A stretch of DNA of 64,000 bases from Anthoceros angustus (GCA_010909165.1 VJWM01000103.1:310001-374000), one strand, 5' to 3'. Positions 24,196 to 39,762 are shown, counted from the first letter of the stretch. Program-made: numbers and translations. Notes: generated from the sequence alone by a model not told the origin.

Positions 24196-24859
24196 CAGCC
24201 CGAGAACAAGGCAAACATTCCCTTACCCAGTCTGTGCCCTTGCCTAGTACTACCTTGTGGCTTGCAATCTTTTGAATCTTCCGTCGGCCGCTAAGCCCCT
24301 TAAGGATTCCCTCACATCCGACTTCCAGCCGAGGTCAGGTCGCCGTCACCTCCTCTGCAACTCTTTTTTGGTACCTAGGTGACCTCCTATACAACTTCTC
24401 CCTGGCCGCAGATTCCCGAACCGTGCTACTTTTTCCAGAATACACTCCACAATTCACCCAACATAGAATTTGTTTTTTCAGGCCAAATTTCATGATTTCA
24501 TGCCTAGGTAGTAATTTAGGGCAGACGATTAAGCGTGAGTTGAACTTACTGCAGGTTCAACACGCTGTCCTCGTAGTCGGGCTGATATCCCTTGACGGTG
24601 ACTGCTCTGCGATCAAGACGAACAAAGGATGTGGCAAAGTGCAGAAACAGTCCCAATTCATAGGGTTATGTAAGCCGGACATCATACAGCAGGCTCTTGG
24701 GAAGAAAGCCCTTGATCTCTACACTGGTATGCAAGAAGAAGAGCTCTAAAGCTGTGCCTCCTTTTTCTGTGACACAGGTAGAGATGTGGCCATTACACAC
24801 ATCCCGTGACATCACTGGGCAAGCTGCTAGGTATTGTGTATTCATGAGTGTGATGAGAA

Positions 24860-26142
<1,283 letters not shown>

Positions 26143-27203
26143 TATCTCAGCTGACACGTTCCAGATGATCGTGTTACAGATATCGGCAATATTGTCGTGT
26201 GAACTGAATCTCTAGTGCTGTGATGCAAGAGTTGCAAATTGCTTTAAGCGGCTGGGAGCCTGAACATGAGCCTGAGCCGCGAGGCATGTGCAGGACGGGA
26301 CAGAACAGGACAGGACAGCAGGAGCTTTATAGGGCCGCGGGCCAGCATAGCTTCTATCGGAAGCCCAAGTTGACCCGGGTCGACCTGCAACCTTCAGGCT
26401 TGCGAGCAGACATCGTTGTAAGGATGCAAGCCTTCATCTGAGCCTCCGCCTACAAGGCACAAAACACGCCTCCCGTTTGACCGGGCTGTTACAAAGGCTG
26501 TGACGGGAATCAAAGAGCTGCATTTTCCTTTCCAGTGTTGGGAGTCCAGCCCAGCAACCATACTGTGAACTGTTTGACCTCAGTCAGACACGTTTCTGTG
26601 AGCTGTGGCAAGTGCACCAGATGAGATCCCACGCTTCCGTTAATTTGGAAGATCTACCGACAAACTGTTTTCCTCATGCGTGACACGCCAGATTTACTTC
26701 CCTCTCCCTGTTTTGTTGCATACAGTACTGAGCATTGGGAACTGTTCCCACGCTGAGCAACCATACTGTGAACTGCTCCAACTCTTGTACTAGGCTTTCG
26801 CGCCTGAGGAAGTCTGCGTCAAAGTCAGATTGATTTGCGCTCACGATTAACATGCAACATGTGGGTTATAGCGGAATATTGAAATCTGGTTGGTATACTA
26901 CCTGCCAAAACCTCCGATTCGAAGTTGAGAACCCAACTCGCAGTCTGACAATGGGTCAAACTCAGAAGGATTAGACTTTCCCGAGAAAACGCCAGCAGAT
27001 GCTCCACTTGACTCATACACGAGTTGGAGCAGTCCATGGCTTTCTGCTGTCGAAACGTAGGTGGTCGGCCCTTCCTGCATCGATTACGTGATGTGTAACA
27101 AGACACATACAAATTAGGCGTAGTCTGGCATGAGACCCACCTTAATGTGCTACAATAGGTGCAAGTGACTACACTCAGCTTCTGCTGTTACAACTAGGCC
27201 CTG

Positions 27204-28858
27204 TTAGGCAGCCACGGGTTCGGGGGACGGAAGTGGCTGCAGGGCTTTCAGGGGATTTGAGATAACAGCATCGATCAGGCCATACTCCTTGGCCTCCTTG
27301 GCGCTCATGAAGAAATCGCGGTCAGTATCCTGGACTATCTTGTCCAAGGGCTGACCGGTATGGTAGGCCAGATAACCGTTCAGATTCGCCTTGTGGTGAA
27401 GAATCTCATTCGCCTGAGAGGACAGCTCACAATTGTGAGAAAGGGCCAACAGGCTCAATGCACCCGACATACTGGAGAAAGTAAAGTACCTGGATTTCGA
27501 TGTCCGTTTGCTGACCTTGGGCACCACCCAAAGGCTGATGGATCATAATCCTAGAGTTTGGCAAACTGTACCTCTTGCCTGTCCAAACCACGACCAAATG
27601 TTCAGCGAATGGATTTTAGAGGAGAGGTGCGACGGGTGTTTTGCACAGCCACCGCTCAGGAAGCATACCTTTTGTGCCGGCACTCAGAAGGAAAGCACCC
27701 ATACTGCAAAACAAGACAGAGTTCATGTGCATAAATTTTTCATCACAGCGCAAAGACTACTCCAGCAAACACAAATGTGGATCTGCCATACCTTGCAGCA
27801 AGGCCGACGCAAACTGTACTAACATCAGGGCGGATGTGCCTCATGGTATCGAATATGGCCATTCCTGAAATAAGACACAGAGCCACAGACACTTGAAGCT
27901 TGTCTGCCACTAGTTGCGACAATCTGAGAAAGCAAACAGCCCTGTGCACGAACAGCACAAGCTAGAAAAAGCACACTCACCCGCAGTCACTGAGCCACCT
28001 GGGGAGTTCACGTACATAATAATGTCCTGCAGACAACATAGTTGGATATAGAAACGTTCTAGACATTGAAAATGCCATACACACAAAACCCTTGGCTTAA
28101 GAATTGAAACATACCCTGTTGGGATCAGCGGCATCGAGGTAAAGGAGTTGAGCGACGATCAAGTTAGCCATGTCATCATCTACAGCCCCTCCACAACGGA
28201 TGATCCTCTGCGAGTAGAATCACGCAGGTTAGGCATGAAGCAACCGAAAAGGAAAACCTTACTCAGAACAGATAAATCATAGGGGATGAGAAGTACATAT
28301 TGGAAAAGCTGGGAAATAACACTCTGGAACCGCTCTGCCAACATGGGTGGAGGACCTTGGCCACCCTGAGCATAAGGTGGGCAATAAGCATTTCTCGGAG
28401 TCTCCAAGTCATGTCTGCAAGTTCGGGCGCAATAGACAAACGGAACTCAGGCCACAACCGTTCACTCCAATTATTTTCCTGGTTGCCAAGCAGCTGAAAA
28501 CAAGGTCAGCAGCTCAAACCTGATCGACCAGAGGTTTGGTACTACAGTGGCGTCCGGTGTCCAGAATCCCTCCGACCGGAAGCTGGATGATGTGTCATTA
28601 GCCGAGTAGGAAGCCCTCACCACGCCCTTGGAACACCTACACCAAATTTTCAACCACCACATTCAGGTGCTGTCTGATGCCGGAGACGCGACGCATCATG
28701 CAATCAGCAGGCCAAAAACCCTACCTGGAATGGGGACGCCCAGGCAGAGGGGCAAAGGGGACGGAGGAGCGCAGCTGCTGCTGCCGCGGTTGGGTCACCT
28801 TGCCGTGCGGCAGCGCGGCCAGCCCCACGGGCTGCTTCACCAACATGGTCTGCGCCAT
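27204..28858 (-). CDS. CLPP5: Plastid Clp protease proteolytic subunit ClpP5, multi-exon
   Basis: [41 protein letters not shown] (catalytic Ser split by an intron), [10 protein letters not shown] and [20 protein letters not shown]. Confidence 0.93.
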
Positions 28859-29204
28859 GGCCTGTAACTCGAGAGAAAGAGTTTCCGAAGGAATGCCTGT
28901 TCTCGCTTGTCCACGAAACAGCAGAGCAAATTGCAATAGCGGCAAAGCTATAATGCGCTCAAGTTCTCGTAACAGCCAGACGACGAGTTAGGATGGGCTG
29001 TGTGTGGTTTCACGTGCTTCAGTGCTTCAACTCCAGGATGTTAAAACTGCTTCTAGACTTTATTTGTGAGTTTGGGATGCGGCGCCTCAACGTACATCGT
29101 CCGGAATGTCGTTGTGTAGTGGTACACTCACTAGGAGCAACTAAGAAAGTCGTCCGAGAATTAACTTTAAGCCGCTGTTCTCGGTGCAAATCTGATGGAT
29201 CATG

Positions 29205-32096
29205 CTAATGTCTGCTCATCTCTCGAAATGTTGCAGCTGCTGAGGGGGAAACCCTTGAGAAGTTCTTGAAGACCTGCAGAGCAATCGGTTGGATTAGACG
29301 CTTTAAGAACGATGAGTGGGGACTGGAATTCTGAAATAGAGTTCACGTATCTTACCCACAGCTTGAAAAATGCGTCCATAATGACAGGAACCGTGGCTAC
29401 AAAGAGATAGATGGAAGCTTCGTCTGCTTCAAAACCATACCGTTCGAGCACCATCTCCACCACAGTTTCCCAACCCATTGAGGAATGGTACCTGCAAGCA
29501 CCCAGGTATGATCAAGTCTACTTCAGCCATAATCCCCTGGACCAAGTAAGAACCTCATGTGTACAATTTCATGCTAATAAAAGGAGATGGTTTGGGGTCG
29601 TAACGACACCAGCATCAACAATCATCACATCCTACCCAAGAAAGATATCTGTCATGAGGATGATAATAAATGCCTTCCCAGTGTCTGAAACGTTTGTAAA
29701 CAGGCGGTCGCTTGTCATTGACATAATGGCCACCTGCAAAGAATTCAACATCTCACGAGCTGAGGGTGCAAATAACGTTAGACGAGGCACCAAGAGCTCA
29801 TCACGATGAGGAAGGAGTCAAGTTCCTACGCCTGCAAGAAGCTTCACAAGAATTCCAAGTCTACGTAAATCACAACCGGCATAATGAAAAGCGCAGTGTC
29901 GGCGTTTACTTGTTGTGGGTTCAGAAACAGCAGAAGGAAGATTGTAGAACCTCCCAGGAGGTCTGACCAAATGGAGGCAAATGCTGCCCTGTTCTCTGCA
30001 CGGGCCTCCTCATACAACTCAAGCCTGAGGAATGAAAAGGAACTCAACTTAGCACCAGTGGCAGTCATATAGTCATCAGGATGTGCAATTCGAGCCCAAG
30101 TTATGATACTGGGCATACATCAGCCATCATACTCCTTTGGAAGCACCTAATACCCAGATCACTACCTGAATGCGCTAGGGACAAGGGAATAGTGGTTATA
30201 CACAGAAAAAAAGGAAAGAAAAATAATACAAGAAACATACGCTTCATGCCGCAAATGATCAGCAAGTTCTTCTTCAGCAAGGGGTGGGGCTTTGCCAATC
30301 TCTGCTTCGAAGCGTACCCGTTGTCGTTCCAATTTCAGTTCCTTGACAATCTTCAGTTTCTGTGGTCTTCTGACATCCAGCATCTCGGCCGCTAATGGAA
30401 CGGTTTCCACATATCTGTGCAGCAAACCAGACACGGCTTAGACAGGCAGAAATCTGGCCAACCTAAATCATCTCCACCACGACCTCATCAGAATGGTCCT
30501 ATCACAGACACTGGAAGAGTAATAGAAGATAAACAGACGTCTGACCTTTTCAAAAATGGGACAAGGATAAAGTCGTGCACAGAAAAATCCACCAGTAAGG
30601 GCACAATCACTAGTATGGCTGCAAATTTAGCCTGCATCACAATAGTTCTCTCAGGAACCACCCCCATGATGAAAACAATACTGATCTACCCAGATTCGGA
30701 TATCCTTAGAGAACAGGTTTCAGTTCAAAGAACGGTCCGACCATAAAGAGAAGCCAATCTCAACCAAACCTCTGAAGCTGCCCTCAGTATTAGAAGTAGC
30801 ATGCCAATCAAGCACTGCACACAACCTCAACAGGCTGCCACGCATTTTGCACCCTGGAAAGCTTGGGGCACGAACAGGTGGAGATTGACTATATCACGGG
30901 ATTGTCTGACTAAAACCCAAACCCATGGCAATGAAGCAGAAGAGCGCACGTACAGATTGCTGAGAGGTGAACCGAAAAACCCTCTCCTCAAATTCCAGCT
31001 CTCTTTCTACTTCCTCTTGAGGCTCAAATGCTCGTGACAACAGCTCATAAACTGTCCGCTTCATTCCCCTCACAGGCTTCTTGGGTGCGGACCGAGGCAT
31101 TCCATCTTTCTCCCAATCAGTATCTGGGTAGTACCACCCACTGTCATCTACACCAAAGGCCCCACTGTTGTCGTTGTTATCCAACCAGTCCTCCCAGTCT
31201 TTGCTGTCTGGATCACGCCCAGTTTTCTGAAAGTCGTCTATTTCCCTGCGAGCCTTATTCTTCTGCTGCCATGCTGAATACCTGACGTCGTCTGCCAGCA
31301 TCTCATCGATGTCATCCATGACCTCGTCCTCTTCATCATCCGAAGAGTCCTCCTCCTTTCTACCAGGCCTCTTACTATTTCGTCTACTTGAGCCGTCCTT
31401 CTCTTTCTGTCCCTTTGCCCGATACCCAACCGGGTCATCTCTCCCATCCGTGTCACCATCCGTCTCATCACTCAAGTGCTCGTCTGGCAACGGAATAGGC
31501 TCGAACAGAAGTCTTTGAAACCAATTGCGTTTCCGGTTGGGATCCACCGAATTAACCCTGGACCCGCTTCCCTTTCTCCGTTTCTGGAGAGGAGGAGATG
31601 CAACAAAGCTCATGTGCAATGCGTCCCAATCATGTTGCTGGTTGCAAAACCCTCGCGCCGCAGCCAGATCAGGCTGGGCAAACACGGAACCAAAATGAAC
31701 CTCCTGGAAGTGGCAGTTGATGATATCAAGAGGCCCCTGCGGGCCTCTCGATAAGGTGGATTGCGCTCCGGGCTCTGCTCTCCCATGAGAACACCCCCCT
31801 GCAAAACACAGCACGTCCTGCACTCGCAATCTTCCACGCCGCTGGCTGCCTCCAGAAATTCGTCCCCTAAATCCCCTACCGCATTCGCAGTTAAACCCAC
31901 AAAAACCGTGGGCTGCAATCTCGAAACAGCACCCGCACAGCCTAGCGCTGATCTGACAGCGAAGAATTGGAGCCCAATCGCTCCTGCTGCCAGATTCCCT
32001 CCACTCGTTCACCAAGCAGCGGTCGTTGGGAAAGGAAAATGCAGAATGGGAGGCCCGAACTGGAGGCTGCCAGCAATGTACCAGCTCTGTCATCAT
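29205..32096 (-). CDS. DLDG1: Nuclear-encoded CemA/Ycf10-like chloroplast envelope protein (DLDG1-like), multi-exon
   Basis: Acidic N-region with WFQRLLF and DWEDWL. CemA motifs SDTGKAFIIILMTDIFLG|YHSSMGWE and FVATVPVIMDAFFKLW. C-terminus SPSAAATFREMSRH*. Confidence 0.85.
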
Positions 32097-33079
32097 GCTC
32101 CGTCACCATGCTGGCATGATAGACCTAATTCTGCACACACGCTAATTCAGCTGCGGCAGAACCAATGATCCTTTGTAACCTGCTTGCTTGCCGGCCACGT
32201 CTCCCCGCCCCCATTCCCATCATCTGGATCTCCTGGCCTCACCAATTCTCCGAGGCCCGGATCTCCTTACCGCACAGCCATTGGCACACACAGCGAGCTG
32301 CCTCCAGAACCGAAGATGAAGCAACAAAGCCCAATTGCAGCTCAATCTTGCTGCGTCCAGAAATCACCTCAAATTCAATGTGCGGTCCACAAGCTGGATG
32401 GCTGCAGACAGCCGATCCGCCATAGGCTGCTCACCCAAGCCGAGCGAGACAATCGGGCAGGACCGAGCGCATTCCGGGCGGCCCGGATTCTTTCGAAGGA
32501 TTCACGGCAGCGGGTCGCCATTGGGCGGGAGCGTTTCGCCAAATATCCACTCCGGCGAAATAGTCACCATGTTCTGAACGTCGAGTTTCCTTATCGGTTA
32601 AACCTCTCACCGACAACGTGGCCAGCCGACAAGCTGCCACGGGAAGATAAGATGGCGGGGTCTGAAGTGCTGGAAAAGTGTTAATAGCCTCGGATTGGGT
32701 AGGTACAGGTCCAATGGTTCCTGTTCCTAAAGCCTGACAGATCACTGGACGATGCAAACTTCTTACACGCATACGGAAAGCGAGTTCAGGCAGCAACGAG
32801 AAAGCGTCGTGGCAGAGCTGTTTCACTAAACACGCTGATAGTGAGTGCCTACATTTTACTACGCTTAAATGTCTCACGAAACGTAAATCAAAACTGGTGA
32901 TCAGATCCTGGGACCATCGGGACCAGGAGGATATAGATTCAATTCCATGCTTACTTGATCCCTGGTCAACCTGGCTAGGACAGTCCGGAAGTGAGTAACA
33001 GAGCAGGCAACAACAACCCTGCGCCTAGCTAGCTAGCAGGGATAGTGGGAGATGATGCGGACGTCAGCCTCGTCCACAG

Positions 33080-35121
33080 CTAATCAATCACAGCAGCTGG
33101 AAAGGAAACGGGAGGAGCACCAGGTCCGGGAGGTATCATACCCTGTGGTGGAGGTGGAGGCGGCATCATCCCTTGAGGAGGTGCAGCCTGTCCAGGAGGC
33201 GGAGGAGGGCCACCTGGATTCATCTGAGGAGGTTGCATGCCCAAAGGAGGTGGAGGAGGCCGCATTGGTCCTTGGGGGGGTGGAGGTCCTCGGGCCCAAG
33301 GAGGAGGAGCCATTCCAAGCGGGGGAGGAGGGGGCCCTCCTGGAGGCGGCCCAGGAAATCCATGTGGAGGAGGAGGGGGCATGTTCTGCGGTGGCCCTTG
33401 CCTGAACTGTTGCATATTGCCTGGTGGAGGCCTAGGCTGGTTAAGCCAAGGAGGCCTCCCTTGCATCTGATGTGGACCAGGCATTGGTGGTCCAGAACCT
33501 TGCATCTGCGGAGGTCCACCATATTGACCTTGCATCGGAGCTTGAGACATTTGCCCTTGAGGAGGCATAGGGGGGCCACCGAAGCGATGAGGAGCCATGT
33601 TACCATTGCCCATGCCTGATAGAGGGCCCATATGTCCATTCCCTTGCTGGACCATCGACGGTGGCCCACCCCCAAGTTGGGGAGGACCCACTGATGATGG
33701 AGGCCCACTTGCAAACAGTGTATGAGGCCTGTTCTTCTGGGCACTTGGATTACTGGCAGCTAGCATTCTCTCTGCACAAACAAACACGTGGTATTCATGA
33801 CTCCGGCACCTTCACAATTGCGCAAGATGCATATTCTGCTTATACAATGGCAACGTACCTGCTGGTGTGCCGTGTCTTTCTCCTTTTGTATCTTTCTTAT
33901 AGGCATAAGACACCGTTATTGGACGGTTGCAAAGATACTGACCATTCATTGCCTGCAGGAGTCAAGAATTACCTTAGAGCTTTTGTCCTCGAAATCCATA
34001 TCAGATGGGTGGCTTTCAGCTAACAGAAGCATTTTAGAGCACTGATACCTCAATCGCAGAATCAGATGCCTCAAAAGAGTCATAACTAATAAAACCAAAT
34101 CCCCGTGAATTGCCAGAGTCTGGATCCCTCATAATCTGTAAAAAGAACAGCAACAGCCACGTTATCAGAAGTACTGCAACAGAGCTCCCAGACATGTAGC
34201 AAATTGTGAGTGAAAAGCATGGGGCACACCTTGGGATTTGTCACAATCACACCAAACGCACTGAAGGTATCATACAGGAGCTTCTCATCGACATCCTGCA
34301 AATCATTCACAAACTTAGTGCTATGATCGTTCGAAAAGGTAAGAAACCAATGAAGTACAATCCACTTACAGAATCTAGATTGCCCACAAACAAGTTAGCA
34401 CCCACGTCCAAGCTCTTCTTATCTTGAGATGCCTATCACAAACAGGCCAAAGAGGAAATCTTCAACATCAAGGTCAGCAGGTTAACAGAAGCTATCGGTC
34501 TCACTCAGTCCAGGAATACCTTGTTAACACGAATAGGCTTCCCATGCAGCTTTATCATGTTCAGAATCTTGATAGCCTGTAAAACTCCCAGCTGGATTAG
34601 AAAGAAGACAATAGCATATCGATGAGAGATGTCACTTAGTTTCGAATATGCTTACGTAGTCAGCTCCTTCTTCACTTCGGAACTCCACAAAGCCGTATCC
34701 CTGGTGAAGATTGGATACCCTATCCTTGGGGACGTAGACATTAACTGCACAAAATGCCAGATTTATGTTTTCTGGAGCAGAAAACCCCCAACCCTACAAT
34801 TAACATGAGATAGCGAACAGGTGACTCACCGACTGGTCCAGCTTGCACGAACAACTCCCAGAGAAGCTCCTCGGACACCTAACAGCACGTCAAGACGCTC
34901 ATTTATTTTATTTCGGCAGCCACCCTGAAACAATTTTTCTGGAGACGGATGCAAACCTAGATCCTTGCACCAAACCGGAAAGAAGCGATTAGAGGTAGAA
35001 CAAGAAGGAAAAGAACCTGAGGATCCAGGTTTCCCACGTATGCTGTGGCATCCTGATTTCGCTCGGCTGCGTGCTGCCCCAGCAAATTGGCTCCAACGCC
35101 GGGCGTAATCCTTGTTGTCAT
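33080..35121 (-). CDS. SF3B4: Splicing factor 3B subunit 4 (SAP49), two RRMs plus Pro-rich tail
   Basis: [52 protein letters not shown] and a Pro/Gly-rich C-terminus. Confidence 0.95.
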
Positions 35122-35537
35122 TCTTGCCTCTCTACCGAGCCCACAGCGTTGACGACCACATTGGCGAAGCCTTTCAGCTTCAGCTGGCACCGGATACTCA
35201 GCGGGGGTTTAGGGCTTGTGTCGTTTTTTCGACGATAACAGATATTCTGTGACGTGTACCAAGATGCATACGGTAGGTGGGAGTCCCGTTAGATTGTTCT
35301 GGATGTGTGGGTACCATGTATCTAGGTACCACTCCGTAGGTAATTACTTTAAATTTCATTCTTAGCCCATCGGAGTGTTATAAACCACCTACTACGTACC
35401 TATTTAGACGAGACATGGATTGACTTACTTAAGTAGAGCATATTTTTCTCTTTATAAAACAGAAAACTAGATTCTTATGCAAATACGTCCATACTCTCCT
35501 AACACAACTAAATCCAAAAGCAAGTTGAAGTATCAAA

Positions 35538-36479
35538 ATGAATGACCTATTGGGTGATACTATCCAAAATGATACAAGTAAAGATGATACAAACACCAAC
35601 AAGGATGATCTCGAAGCTGGAACTCCAGCTGCTACTGCAAGTACTAGTTCGTCAACTATGGATTTAGCTAAATTTTTTCAAGAAGTAAATGAAATAAAAA
35701 ATGCCATGGCATTGATCCGCAAAAGTTTGCAAAAATTGCAAGCTTCACATGAGGAAACAAAGACAGTTACTAAAGCTAATGCTATGAAAGACTTGAAGGA
35801 GAAGATGGATAAGGATGTGGATGATGTAAATAAAAATGCTCAAAGTCTTAAAGGGAAACTTGAAGCCCTGGATAAAGCAAATCTTGCAAATCGTAAAGAA
35901 AAAGGTTGTGGAGAAGGCTCGAGCACAGATAGGACAAGGATGGCCATTACTGCAACTTTGAAAAAGAAGTTGAAAGGGATAATGCAAGACTTCCAGAGGT
36001 TAAGAGAAACATTTCAGGAAGACTACAGGGAAATTGTGGAAAGACGGATTTTTACTGTTACAGGTCAAAAAGCTGACGAAGCGACTATTGAACATCTTAT
36101 AGATACCGGAGACAGTGAACAAATTTTTCAAAAAGCAATCCAAGAACAAGGACGTGGGCAAATCTTAGATACTGTTGCTGAAATTCAAGAACGACACGAC
36201 GCTGTAAAGGATATTGAAAGGAAGCTTTTAGAGCTGCACCAAGTGTTTTTAGATATGGCCGTCCTAGTAGAAGCACAAGGAGAGCTTCTTGATAATATTG
36301 AAACACAGCTCTCAAAAGCAGTGGAGCATGTGACTACTGGAACTGCAGCATTGAAAAAAGTGAAAGAATACCAAAGAGGGACAAGAAAATGTATGTGCAT
36401 TGCTATTATTATTTTGTTGTTGATTATTGTAGTAACTGTGGTAGCTGTCCTACAACCTTGGAAGAACAAGAATGCCTAA
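35538..36479 (+). CDS. SYP13: Qa-SNARE syntaxin, SYP13-like, intronless
   Basis: Habc domain, [51 protein letters not shown] and C-terminal [14 protein letters not shown]...QPWKNK. Confidence 0.9.
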   Translation: MNDLLGDTIQNDTSKDDTNTNKDDLEAGTPAATASTSSSTMDLAKFFQEVNEIKNAMALIRKSLQKLQASHEETKTVTKANAMKDLKEKMDKDVDDVNKNAQSLKGKLEALDKANLANRKEKGCGEGSSTDRTRMAITATLKKKLKGIMQDFQRLRETFQEDYREIVERRIFTVTGQKADEATIEHLIDTGDSEQIFQKAIQEQGRGQILDTVAEIQERHDAVKDIERKLLELHQVFLDMAVLVEAQGELLDNIETQLSKAVEHVTTGTAALKKVKEYQRGTRKCMCIAIIILLLIIVVTVVAVLQPWKNKNA

Positions 36480-36619
36480 ATGTGATGGTAAGTGAAAAGA
36501 TGAGAATCCTTTTCTTCATAAGCAAGACTTTCAAGTGAGATGAGTCCAATAGCTTTTGTATTATATTTATATGAATAAAATATCTAATATTAATTTATTA
36601 CTGTACGACTAACCGACCC

Positions 36620-38495
36620 CAAAATTTTTCAAGAAGTAAATGAATAAAAATGCCATGGCATTGATCCGCAAAAGTTTGCAAAATTGCAAGCTTCACATGA
36701 GGAAACAAAGACAACATTAAAGCTAATGCTATGAAAGACTTGAAGGAGAAGATGGATAAGGATGTGGATGATGTAAATAAAAATGCTCAAAGTCTTAAAG
36801 GGAAACTTGAAGCCTGGATAAAGCAAATCTTGCAAATCAGAAAGAAAAAGGTTGTGGAGAAGGCTCTATACGTATAGGACAAGGATGGCCATTATCGCAA
36901 CTTTGAAAAAGAAGTTGAAAGGATAATGCAAGACTTCAGAGGTTAAGAGAAACATTTCGGAAGACTACAGTGGAAATTGTGGAAAGACGGATTTTACCGT
37001 TACAGTCAAAAAGTCGATTTAAGCGACTATTGAACATCTTATAGATACTGGAGACAAGGAACAAATTTTTCAAAAAGCAATCCAAGAACAAGGACGGGGC
37101 AAATCTTAGATATCAATTCAAAATTCAAGAACGACACGACGTAAAGGATATTGAAAGGAAGCTTTTAGAGCCGCACCAAGTGTTTTTAGATATGGTTGCC
37201 CTAGTAGAAGCACAAGGAGAGCTTGATAATATTGAAACACGACTCTCAAAAAGCAAGTGGAGCATGTGACTCGGAACTGCAGCATTGAAAAAGTGAAAGA
37301 ATACCAAAGAGGGACAAGAAAATGTATGTGCATTGCTATTATTTTGTTGTTGATTATTGTAGTAATCGTGGTAGTCATTCCTACAACCTTGGAAGAACAA
37401 GAATGCCTAAATGTGATGGTAAGTGAAAAGATGAGAATCCTTTTCTTCATAAGCAAGACTTTCAAGTGAGATGAGTCCAATAGCTTTTGTATTATATTTA
37501 TATGAATAAAATATCTAATATTAATTTATTCTCGACGACTAACCGACCCCAAAATTTTTCAAGAAGTAAATGAATAAAAATGCCATGGCATTGATCCGCA
37601 AAAGTTTGCAAAATTGCAAGCTTCACATGAGGAAACAAAGACAACATTAAAGCTAATGCTATGAAAGACTTGAAGGAGAAGATGGATAAGGATGTGGATG
37701 ATGTAAATAAAAATGCTCAAAGTCTTAAAAGGGAAACTTGAAGCCTGGATAAAGCAAATCTTGCAAATCAGAAAGAAAAAGGTTGTGGAGAAGGCTCTAT
37801 ACGTATAGGACAAGGATGGCCATTATCGCAACTTTGAAAAAGAAGTTGAAAGGATAATGCAAGACTTCCAGAGGTTAAGAGAAACATTTCAGAAGACTAC
37901 AGTGGAAATTGTGGAAAGACGGATTTTACCGTTACAGTCAAAAAGTCGATTTAAGCGACTATTGAACATCTTATAGATACCGGAGACAGTGAACAAATTT
38001 TTCAAAAAGCAATCCAAGAACAAGGACGGGGCAAATCTTAGATATCAATTCAAAATTCAAGAACGACACGACGTAAAGGATATTGAAAGGAAGCTTTTAG
38101 AGCTGCACCAAGTGTTTTTAGATATGGCCGTCCTAGTAGAAGCACAAGGAGAGCTTCTTGATAATATTGAAACACAGCTCTCAAAAGCAGTGGAGCATGT
38201 GACTACTGGAACTGCAGCATTGAAAAAAGTGAAAGAATACCAAAGAGGGACAAGAAAATGTATGTGCATTGCTATTATTATTTTGTTGTTGATTATTGTA
38301 GTAATCGTGGTAGTCATTCCTACAACCTTGGAAGAACAAGAATGCCTAAATGTGATGGTAAGTGAAAAGATGAGAATCCTTTTCTTCATAAGCAAGACTT
38401 TCAAGTGAGATGAGTCCAATAGCTTTTGTATTATATTTATATGAATAAAATATCTAATATTAATTTATTACTGTACGACTAACCGACCCCAAAAT
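36620..38495 (+). repeat. Two 5'-truncated, frameshifted tandem copies (about 930 bp each) of SYP13 plus 3' flank; pseudogenes or assembly artefact
   Basis: Each copy restarts at aaattttttcaagaag (gene position about 35670) after aaccgacccc. Many 1-bp indels. Confidence 0.85.
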
Positions 38496-39156
38496 TTTTA
38501 TTGCATGTATAAAAAATAGGTCTTCACATATGTGAGATTTGGAGATATATAAGATGACTAACATCCCAATATAGCACAAAGGACACCACATAGATTTGCA
38601 GGTATATCAGTTTTATTTTCTTGATAACTTGTTTGGCAAGTTTAGTTTGTTGAAGTTTCAATCTCAAACATCTAAAAAACACGATGCAAGAAAGCTATAT
38701 TTTATTGAAATGCTTATTTGTCAGTCACGTGACCAATAAAAGCAATAAATCTCTTGGCCTTAAGGATTTTTTCATCTCTTCATTCTTCTTCCAAAACGTT
38801 CAATGAAATGTCCTCTCTTTCCGTCTAATGAATGTGCACTTCTCCTAATTGTTTGTTACTTATGCTAATGCTTTCTTGATATGGTATGCCTTAAATGCTT
38901 CTCATGTGATAGTTTTGGAGCTCTAAATCAATTTCAAACTTAAAAGGTTGATATTAGTGAAAGAAGAGGACAGTCGTAAATTTCAACGTCTTATTTGTAA
39001 GCATCCCCCTCCTTTTACCCAATGCATATCATATCTTTTATTCAAAGCCATTCCTCATGTACATTTAGTGTCTACTTTCTTTTTCAAAATTTGAAGACAC
39101 AAAATGAGTAAATTATGATATTGAGCGATTTTCCACAGAAATTGAAGACAATAGAA

Positions 39157-39459
39157 ATGGTTATGACTACTTTAAAAGGTTTGGCCAAGATGAAAGTGAA
39201 AGATGTTCCTGGACATCTTAAAAAGGTGGTAACCAAAGAAAACGTCAAACGATCAACTGGTTCTTTCTTACAAGGTTACTATGAGAAATATATTAAAACA
39301 GGGAGTATTCGTCCTCTTCATGATACTTTTATCTGTATAGGATTGTTTGCGTACGCTATAAATTGGCCTAATGAAATGCGACATATCAAACATCATGAGG
39401 AGCAAGAAAGACTTAAGAAAGAGGGTAAAGGCAAAGACCAAAAGGGCAAGAAACATTGA
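39157..39459 (+). CDS. Mitochondrial ATP synthase subunit f-like (plant type), single exon
   Basis: KMKVKDVPGHLK, YYEKYIKTGSIRPL, a TM segment and PNEMRHIKH resemble plant Fo subunit f. Confidence 0.75.
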   Translation: MVMTTLKGLAKMKVKDVPGHLKKVVTKENVKRSTGSFLQGYYEKYIKTGSIRPLHDTFICIGLFAYAINWPNEMRHIKHHEEQERLKKEGKGKDQKGKKH

Positions 39460-39616
39460 ACCAATTTATCTTGAAATAAGTAGGTAGTGTCTATGGCATA
39501 CAATCTTATGGCATACGTGTTTGGTTGAGGTTGGCACCAAAGTCTTGTTACCCACATGTGATACATTTTTTAACTATACAAAAATTCATATTATGGATAC
39601 ATCGCATATCACATGC

Positions 39617-39762
39617 ATCACATGCTTCGCCCACGGTTTGTAATGTGGAAATAGTACTCCATAGGCTAGATCACATGCTTCGCCCATAGTTTGTAACTCC
39701 ATAGACTAGATCACATGCTTCGCCCACAGTTTGTAATGTAGACAAAGTATTCCATAGGCTAG
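39617..39762. repeat. Three copies of atcacatgcttcgccca..gtttgtaa..tccatag.ctag
   Basis: Visible direct repeats. Confidence 0.75.

Noticed and set aside
32165-32877. ORFs between DLDG1-like and SF3B4
   Set aside because: No recognisable motifs; probably promoter/UTR sequence.
35204-35216. Telo-box in the SF3B4 5' region
   Set aside because: Only a partial match to AAACCCTA; too short to support.
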